Shown: piece by piece, positions 58,317-64,000 of the stretch | Numbering within the stretch: the first letter of the stretch is position 1 | Layout of the letters: each line of letters begins with the position of its first letter | DNA from: Candidatus Bathyarchaeota archaeon | Lineage (GTDB): Archaea; Thermoproteota; Bathyarchaeia; Bathyarchaeales; Bathycorpusculaceae | Length of the DNA: 64,000 bases | NCBI GenBank assembly: GCA_963833575.1 | Contig: CAWHXY010000004.1 | Span: forward strand, 128,001-192,000 | Direction: 5' to 3' | Notes under the pieces: generated by a model | Databases searched by the model: none | Told to the model about the DNA's origin: nothing | The model's input: the letters and a program-made list of their open reading frames with translations, nothing else | Made by a program: the position numbers and the translations under genes

Positions 58317-58952
58317 TTGTCAAGTCCCTTTGATGCAGTACGCTCTTTACATAATGCGTTTCGAACCGATATTTTACAAATTGATAATTTAACTCTAAAA
58401 ACAGCGAGAGACGGAGGAAACTTTACCCCCGTTTTTGATCGTTTACATGTTATTGGGGAGATTTTGGATTATCACGCTCAAGGTGAGGAGGCAGCTGTTT
58501 TTCCGGCCGTTGACAAGTTGGCGCCTCTTGTAGCTAGAGCTTATTTTCTGGATCATCGGGAACTTGACTTAATGGTCAATGGGTTGGAATCAATGAGAAA
58601 TATGCCTGATCCACTGGCAACAGCTAGGGCGACAGCAGTTCTGGGTTCGCATCTTCGGATTCATCTAAACAAGGAAGACGCTCATCTCTATCCAATACTC
58701 AGGGAACGAACGTCAATTCCTGAACAAGCTGCTATTGCTGGTCAAATGTCAAGGAAAGTCCCCGCAGACAAATTTCCCATCTTAATACAGTGGCTGTTCC
58801 CCTTGCTTAACCTTGAAGACCAAACCGTGATTACAAACGTGTGGATGAATGCAATGCCTCCACAGGTTTTTGAAGGTGTTAAACTGCTAATTCAAAAGGC
58901 TATTCCTAACAGTTGGATCGAATTGACTCAGAAAATTCCACAACTCCTCTAA
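58317..58952 (+). CDS. Hemerythrin-like (HHE) domain protein
   Basis: H.A.R, YH...EE...FP, DH, H...E...LYP. Confidence 0.82.
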   Translation: MSSPFDAVRSLHNAFRTDILQIDNLTLKTARDGGNFTPVFDRLHVIGEILDYHAQGEEAAVFPAVDKLAPLVARAYFLDHRELDLMVNGLESMRNMPDPLATARATAVLGSHLRIHLNKEDAHLYPILRERTSIPEQAAIAGQMSRKVPADKFPILIQWLFPLLNLEDQTVITNVWMNAMPPQVFEGVKLLIQKAIPNSWIELTQKIPQLL

Positions 58953-59191
58953 AAATAAATCGAGCAATATGGCGACCCTAAAGCAAAGGCTTTAACTAAA
59001 AGAACGATCCAGGAATGACAATTTGTTCTCACTGTGGAATCAAAAATAAACCAGATACCGTTGCTTATGTTAATTGTGAATCAGCATTAACATAGAGATA
59101 CTGTTTTTTTCCAAGTAATTTCAGGGTTGTGTCACTAGAATCAATTGGTTTGTTTGTTTGAAGTGTTGTTTTGTGTTGGGAATATTAAAAT

Positions 59192-59227
59192 ATTAGTTAG
59201 AAAAGCTAATTGTTAGAAGATGCAATT
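59192..59227 (+). promoter_or_regulatory. Candidate MarR operator (TTAG-N5-CTAA plus a second imperfect copy)
   Basis: attagTTAGaaaagCTAAt tgTTAGaagatgcaat directly upstream of the marR ATG. Confidence 0.45.
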
Positions 59228-59230
59228 AAT

Positions 59231-59692
59231 ATGACTTTATCTCCACAAGAAGCAGCACATCAATTACTTGAAGTAATCCCCGTCGTCATGAGAGAAATAC
59301 GATCAGAAATGCGTAGCCGAAGATCACCCGACCTAACAGTTCCCCAGTTCCGCACCCTATCTTTCGTAAACCGAAACGTCGGATCCTCACTCTTGGAAGT
59401 AGCAAACCATCTTGGCTTAACTCCACCCTCAACATCCAGACTAGTCGACGGGCTAATTTATCGCAACATGATGACAAGAGAAGACCATCCGGGCGACAGA
59501 AGAAGAGTAAAACTAACCGTAACTCGTCTTGGACAACAGATCTTGGAAGCCTCACGTCAAGACGCGTTAAGGTATTTGTCTGCAAAACTAAGCAACATTA
59601 ACGCTGACGACAGAGAAGCCATCGTTAAAGCCATGAACATTTTGCAGCCTATCTTCACAAGCGGCGCAAAAACCAGAATGGGGCTAAAGTAA
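59231..59692 (+). CDS. MarR-family transcriptional regulator
   Basis: LT.PQFR.L, VA..LG.T..S.SRLVD.L, DRR...L..T..G. Confidence 0.92.
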   Translation: MTLSPQEAAHQLLEVIPVVMREIRSEMRSRRSPDLTVPQFRTLSFVNRNVGSSLLEVANHLGLTPPSTSRLVDGLIYRNMMTREDHPGDRRRVKLTVTRLGQQILEASRQDALRYLSAKLSNINADDREAIVKAMNILQPIFTSGAKTRMGLK

Positions 59693-60489
59693 TGTTTATC
59701 TTAACAACAGAGCATCTTACCCGCCGCTTCAAAGATTTAACTGCGGTTGATGACCTGACGATATCCGTTGAAGAAGGAGAAATCTTCGGTCTCCTCGGCC
59801 CGAACGGCGCGGGCAAATCGACCGCAATCAAAATGATAACCACCCTTTTGCCCCCGACCTCTGGACGCGTAAGTGTCGGCGGTTTCGATTTAGCGCATGA
59901 CGCAAACAAGATCAGAAGATTGATCGGTTACGTGCCCCAAATCCTCTCAGCTGACGGAACACTCACAGCCCGCGAAAACCTCACCGTCTTCGCTAGCCTA
60001 TATGACATTCCAAGAAAGGAACGTCCCAAAAGAATCGCCGAGTCGTTGGCGTTAATGGAGCTCACAGAAGCCTCGGATAAACTTGTGAAAAATTATTCAG
60101 GCGGCATGATTAGACGATTAGAAATAGCACAATCAATGCTTCATCAACCCAAAGTTCTATTCTTAGATGAGCCAACCATAGGTCTTGACCCAGTTGGGCG
60201 CAAAGCAGTTTGGGACCACATCCAAAAACTGCGTGACAACTTTGGAACAACCATTTTTCTAACAACGCATTACATGGAAGAAGCAGACAAACTGTGCTCC
60301 AGAGTTGCGATTATGCATTTAGGAAAATTAGCTGTTGTCGGTGTACCCGCCGATTTGAAGATGTCTCTACATTTAGACAATGCGACACTTGAAGATGTTT
60401 TTACACATTACACTGGAGGCGCACTCGATCGAGGAGACAGTTACCGAGAAGCAAGAGCAACAAGACGAACAGCGAAGAGGCTCGGATAA
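59692..60489 (+). CDS. ABC-2 exporter ATP-binding subunit
   Basis: GPNGAGKST, YSGGMIRRLEIA, LDEPT.GLDP, TTHYMEEAD, TLEDVF. Confidence 0.93.
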   Translation: MFILTTEHLTRRFKDLTAVDDLTISVEEGEIFGLLGPNGAGKSTAIKMITTLLPPTSGRVSVGGFDLAHDANKIRRLIGYVPQILSADGTLTARENLTVFASLYDIPRKERPKRIAESLALMELTEASDKLVKNYSGGMIRRLEIAQSMLHQPKVLFLDEPTIGLDPVGRKAVWDHIQKLRDNFGTTIFLTTHYMEEADKLCSRVAIMHLGKLAVVGVPADLKMSLHLDNATLEDVFTHYTGGALDRGDSYREARATRRTAKRLG

Positions 60490-60490
60490 A

Positions 60491-61297
60491 ATGTCCACAG
60501 ACAAATTGAAGACCACATTCAGCTCTGTAAGCTGTTTCTTTAGTAAAACTTTGAGTATAGCGGCAATGGATGTTCGGAAACTTCGACATGACCCAGCAGA
60601 GTTGATAACCCGAGCAGTGCAACCAGCACTTTGGCTACTGGTCTTCGGAGAAGTCTTCACTAGAGTACACCTCATACCGACAGGTAATCTGTCTTATTTA
60701 TCCTTCATGGCACCTGGAATTTTAGCTCAAAGCGTACTTTTCATAGCCATATTCTTCGGCATAACCGTTATCTGGGAACGCGACCTAGGCATTATCCATA
60801 AGTTCTTGGTCAGCCCTACTCCTCGAGAAGCATTAGTTCTTGGAAAAGCCCTATCCGCAGGAGTCCGCGCTCTCTCTCAAGTGGTCATCATTTATGTTTT
60901 GGCCGTTTTGATTGGTGTTGGAATTAATTGGAACCCGATAAATTTAACATTGGTCGCAGTAGTCGCAGTCATAGCTTCAGCAGCGTTCTCTACATTTTCG
61001 CTAATCATAGCTTCCGTCGTGAAGACACGAGAACGTTTCATGGGGATAGGTCAGATCTTAACGATGCCGCTGTTTTTTGCAAGCAACGCTATTTACCCGC
61101 TGTCCATGATGCCCAGTTGGCTGCAAGCGGTGGCACAGGTTAATCCACTCACATACACCGTGGATGCTCTACGAGGACTAATGATCGTCGGAGGAACCAG
61201 CGTCTACGGTGTCGGTTTAGATATGCTTGTACTATTCGTTAGCATGACCGCCCTGATAATAATCGGAGCTAAACTCTATCCAAAAGTCATTGTTTAA
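60491..61297 (+). CDS. ABC-2 exporter permease
   Basis: R.VQP.LWL..FG, Y..F.APG..AQ, IWERD.G, PLFFASNA.YP, NPL.Y.VDA.R; ATG 60491 directly after the ATPase stop. Confidence 0.92.
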   Translation: MSTDKLKTTFSSVSCFFSKTLSIAAMDVRKLRHDPAELITRAVQPALWLLVFGEVFTRVHLIPTGNLSYLSFMAPGILAQSVLFIAIFFGITVIWERDLGIIHKFLVSPTPREALVLGKALSAGVRALSQVVIIYVLAVLIGVGINWNPINLTLVAVVAVIASAAFSTFSLIIASVVKTRERFMGIGQILTMPLFFASNAIYPLSMMPSWLQAVAQVNPLTYTVDALRGLMIVGGTSVYGVGLDMLVLFVSMTALIIIGAKLYPKVIV

Positions 61298-61503
61298 GAC
61301 CCCATCTCGTATGCATCATTGTGTTGCGGCACTGTCAACAGGAAAGTCTTGCTAAAAACTCTCAAAGTGTTTTTGCTATGCTGAGCTTTTTCCATGATTA
61401 ACAACAGGTTTGCTTCTGGTAACCCTGTTTTCCCTTTCTTAATGACACTGCAAAAGTATTGCTGGCTGAATTTCAGCGTTCATTTCAACGGGGTGCACAC
61501 TTT

Positions 61504-62283
61504 TCAAGTGCTGTTTTTGCCCGGTAGCTTTTCAATCTCTAAACTAGCAGTGTATTCACGATCTTTTGGCTGATTCTTATCTTTCTCTTTTTCAAACGTG
61601 ATTGTGGTTTTCCAACCCAGGTGTTCTGCTGCAAGCTGCAAGTGGCAAATAGCAATACCCATGTTGACAGGGAAATAGCTGCCGCCGACGATGTTTCTAA
61701 GAAAGCCAGGTTTAGAAGAATAGGCATGAATCAAATTCTTATCTCCGGTGAAGTACCAGTTCTGTAAATTAACTGCTGAAGGAGCTAGACGGGCTGGTTC
61801 CAACAATTCATCGGCGCCTTCAATATTGGTTATCTCCGAGAGATGTTTCCTCTTAAACTGCGAAACACTGGTCCTGTATAGTGTTTCCTTTGAATTTCCA
61901 AATGACATCAAAATGATAAATTCAAGATTTGAAGACTCTGTTACTTCTTTAGTGGGTTGAGGAATGCCCAGCCAGCAGCTGCCTATGCCCGTCGCTGAAA
62001 AATAAAGATCCAGTTGCTGTAACATAAAACCGATGTTGGCCTTGTAAGTGTCTTTTGCTTCGGCGAATGCTGCTATATAATAGGGTGCTTTGTTCATAGT
62101 TTTTCTGGTTACTTGATCTGGCGAAATAATCTTGAACTCTGTCTTAATTCCCGCGGACATTGGCTTTAAAGTCTGCAAACTCTTGGAAATCTCTTCGAGA
62201 CGATTTTGATCAATAGGAGCTGAATCATAATTCCTAATTGATTTTCTCTTGAAAATCGTTTCGTACAGATCAGTCTCATTCAT
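61504..62283 (-). CDS. Nitroreductase-family protein (TM1586-like double domain)
   Basis: RKSIRNY, L.....GIGSCW.G, RK, ARLAPSA.N.Q.W, GIA..H; start moved to ATG 62283. Confidence 0.85.
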   Translation of the reverse strand: MNETDLYETIFKRKSIRNYDSAPIDQNRLEEISKSLQTLKPMSAGIKTEFKIISPDQVTRKTMNKAPYYIAAFAEAKDTYKANIGFMLQQLDLYFSATGIGSCWLGIPQPTKEVTESSNLEFIILMSFGNSKETLYRTSVSQFKRKHLSEITNIEGADELLEPARLAPSAVNLQNWYFTGDKNLIHAYSSKPGFLRNIVGGSYFPVNMGIAICHLQLAAEHLGWKTTITFEKEKDKNQPKDREYTASLEIEKLPGKNST

Positions 62284-62600
62284 TTTCTCACACAGAATAA
62301 TCACAGATTGACTGCTAGTAAAAGCTTCCCCTGTGGAGTGTATTCCGGAAATAGCATGGTCTAACAGGGATTTCGGTGGTTGACCTGAGATATTTTGTTG
62401 GAGACCAATGGACATGTTTAAGATTTATTTTGCTGGCAAATTTGGGCTAGTCAAAGGATATGTCTCTAATGCTTTCCTGCATATTTTCTGTCGAATTGTT
62501 TGCGTTCTTCTAAATTAGCCGCACCTTAAATTGCTCAGTTTTTTCGCCGTTTCTATATCTTGACTTTCGTCTTGGCGTTTCTGATCTTTAGTCAATGTAG

Positions 62601-62978
62601 TTATTGGGTATTCTCAGATTCTAAAGCTCGAATTTGGACTCTATCGTAGCTTTTTAATGGCAGTCCTAATTTAATTGCCAGTGAAACGAAAACTGCGTCG
62701 TATATTGTAATTCGTTGCCTTTTTGCAATTAAATATGATTTCTGCATCAACTCTTCGTTTGGAGCTAGGATCTTTATTTTCCCAGCTTCTATTAGACCGT
62801 AGAAAATCGATATGTATGGTTTACCGTTTTCTAAGTCCTTCAAAAGATGTTCATGTTTCCAAATGGCGTTCGTGACTTCATAGGCAACTAACTCAGGAGC
62901 CACAATCTGGTCATTCGCAAGTAATTGTTTATTCTTAAGGAGACCTTCAACAATGAAACTGCTGTCGGCAACTATCAG
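62601..62978 (-). CDS. vapC: VapC-type PIN-domain toxin (probable CTG start at 62978)
   Basis: IVADSS (first PIN Asp, upstream of the tracked GTG), AP.L..YE..N..WK, T.YDA..V.LA, L.S.D. Confidence 0.85.
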   Translation of the reverse strand: MIVADSSFIVEGLLKNKQLLANDQIVAPELVAYEVTNAIWKHEHLLKDLENGKPYISIFYGLIEAGKIKILAPNEELMQKSYLIAKRQRITIYDAVFVSLAIKLGLPLKSYDRVQIRALESENTQ

Positions 62979-63199
62979 CGTTCTCTATCCTCTCGAATCA
63001 GCTTCACTTCTTCCTCAATTGAGGTTTTAATTTCGCTTTCAGATTGCATTTTTTCCAGTTTGCACAGCAACTCGTCGGATTTCCTCTTGTTTAGGTAGAG
63101 TTTCATGCCTTCCCTTAGGGTATCCGATAATCTGCCATACTTCTTTAATTGGCGCTTTTCTTCTTCGGATATTCTCACGCTAACTGTCTTCATCGTCAT
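62975..63199 (-). CDS. vapB: VapB-type antitoxin (RHH-like N-terminus)
   Basis: MKTVSVRISEE.K..L, C-terminal LIREDRER; overlaps the PIN gene by 4 nt. Confidence 0.8.
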   Translation of the reverse strand: MTMKTVSVRISEEEKRQLKKYGRLSDTLREGMKLYLNKRKSDELLCKLEKMQSESEIKTSIEEEVKLIREDRER

Positions 63200-63504
63200 A
63201 CGTTACGTAAGACACAATGTATGATTTAAGGTTTTCACGACTTTAACCTACAATAAAAGTAACAGTTCAATTCTGAATTAAGCTATACCCTAAACTGCTC
63301 CAACCCGCTTCGCTGACTAGCGCGGCGAGCTGGTTGTAGGTTTCAATTCCTTTCTGGTCGCAACTTCATTTTGAGTTTTGGCAGTGTTTTAGCAGAAATG
63401 GTAAATATTGCGTTTTTGGTTAGTTTGAGTATCATTGTTGGGATGTTTGGGTCTGAAGGTTAACTTTATCGAACTTGGCTCAAACAATCTTGCAGAGTGG
63501 TGTC

Positions 63505-64000
63505 ATGTTGGTGGAAAAAACAGCAAATAGTAATAGTCCGATCTGGGTAAGTCGGGAATTCTCAAAGTGTTGCGGGTGCAGAAAATGTGAAATTGCCTGC
63601 TCGTTGAGTCATGAGAGCAAGATCTGGCCTGAAGCCTCGCGAGTCCGCGTGTTCATGCTTGTTCCGGGCACAGAATTCCCACACCTCTGTACGCAATGTG
63701 AGGATTATCCATGCGTTGCAGTCTGCCCGTTTAAAGCTCTGAGCATTAACAAGAAAACTAGTGCAGTCACCGTCGACTCGGCGAAATGCACTGGCTGCGG
63801 AAAATGCGTAGACGCTTGCCCAGGCAAAGTTCCGCATATCCACCCGACAACTAAGAAGATTTTGATCTGCGACTTATGCGGAGGCGACCCACAGTGCGCC
63901 AAGGTTTGTCAGAGAGGCGGCTGGAACTGCCTAGGCGTCGTAGACCGGGAAAACCTTGAGTTTAAACTTTTCGCGCGTCCACCTGAGGAGACAGCTAAAG
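63505..64000 (+). CDS. Multi-[4Fe-4S] electron-transfer protein (DmsB/HybA-like), truncated by the window end
   Basis: Not in the ORF track because there is no stop: CCGCRKCEIAC, CTQCEDYPCVAVCP, CTGCGKCVDACP, CDLCGGDPQCAKVC. Confidence 0.85.
   Translation, partial: MLVEKTANSNSPIWVSREFSKCCGCRKCEIACSLSHESKIWPEASRVRVFMLVPGTEFPHLCTQCEDYPCVAVCPFKALSINKKTSAVTVDSAKCTGCGKCVDACPGKVPHIHPTTKKILICDLCGGDPQCAKVCQRGGWNCLGVVDRENLEFKLFARPPEETAK

Noticed and set aside
341-63902. Numerous short antisense or overlapping ORFs in the track (e.g. 19577-20068, 40508-40978, 45904-46437, 63562-63843)
   Set aside because: They are shadows of well-supported genes on the opposite strand or in another frame, with no motifs of their own.
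1-64000. tRNA/rRNA genes, IS elements, integrases, provirus
   Set aside because: No cloverleaf or T-loop signature, rRNA-like segment, transposase, recombinase or viral hallmark gene was recognised by eye. tRNAscan-SE or Infernal would be needed to exclude small RNAs.

Overview
Archaeal chromosomal window with no rRNA, tRNA, CRISPR array, transposase or integrase that I can see. The gene set (TBP, Spt5, SecE, archaeal uL11/uL1/uL10, DtdA, an HMf-type histone, a Zn-ribbon Cren7-like protein, several membrane-anchored beta-propeller surface proteins) points to a TACK archaeon, most likely Ca. Bathyarchaeia (inference, no search run). About 1-22 kb is core housekeeping: rnz, trm11, prs, lplA, an aKMT-like methylase, Lhr helicase, signal peptidase, tbp, pyrE, rimI, a larA-family gene, the dtdA-secE-spt5-L11-L1-L10 cluster and argF. 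About 22-64 kb is accessory-like: three DrrAB-type and one MacB/FtsX-type ABC exporter, beta-propeller surface proteins, ArsB, ThiF/MoeB, a solitary ilvC, SnoaL, hemerythrin, nitroreductase and VapBC. The strongest signals the ORF track misses are: (1) a 20-codon Lys/Ala/Pro micro-gene (MTVAKKPAKKEVKKAPAKKK) with its own TATA box and U-rich terminator, head-to-head with a histone that has an H49Y-type change at the tetramer interface; (2) an Ile/Leu-rich leader ORF overlapping the ilvC start; (3) three tandem hairpins with differing stems and a shared loop core after argF; (4) two promoters around a wHTH regulator that share five ATTTGG-like boxes at an exact 11-bp period; (5) two 10-bp-phased repeat arrays in a convergent intergenic gap; (6) several genes that appear to need CTG or ATT start codons.
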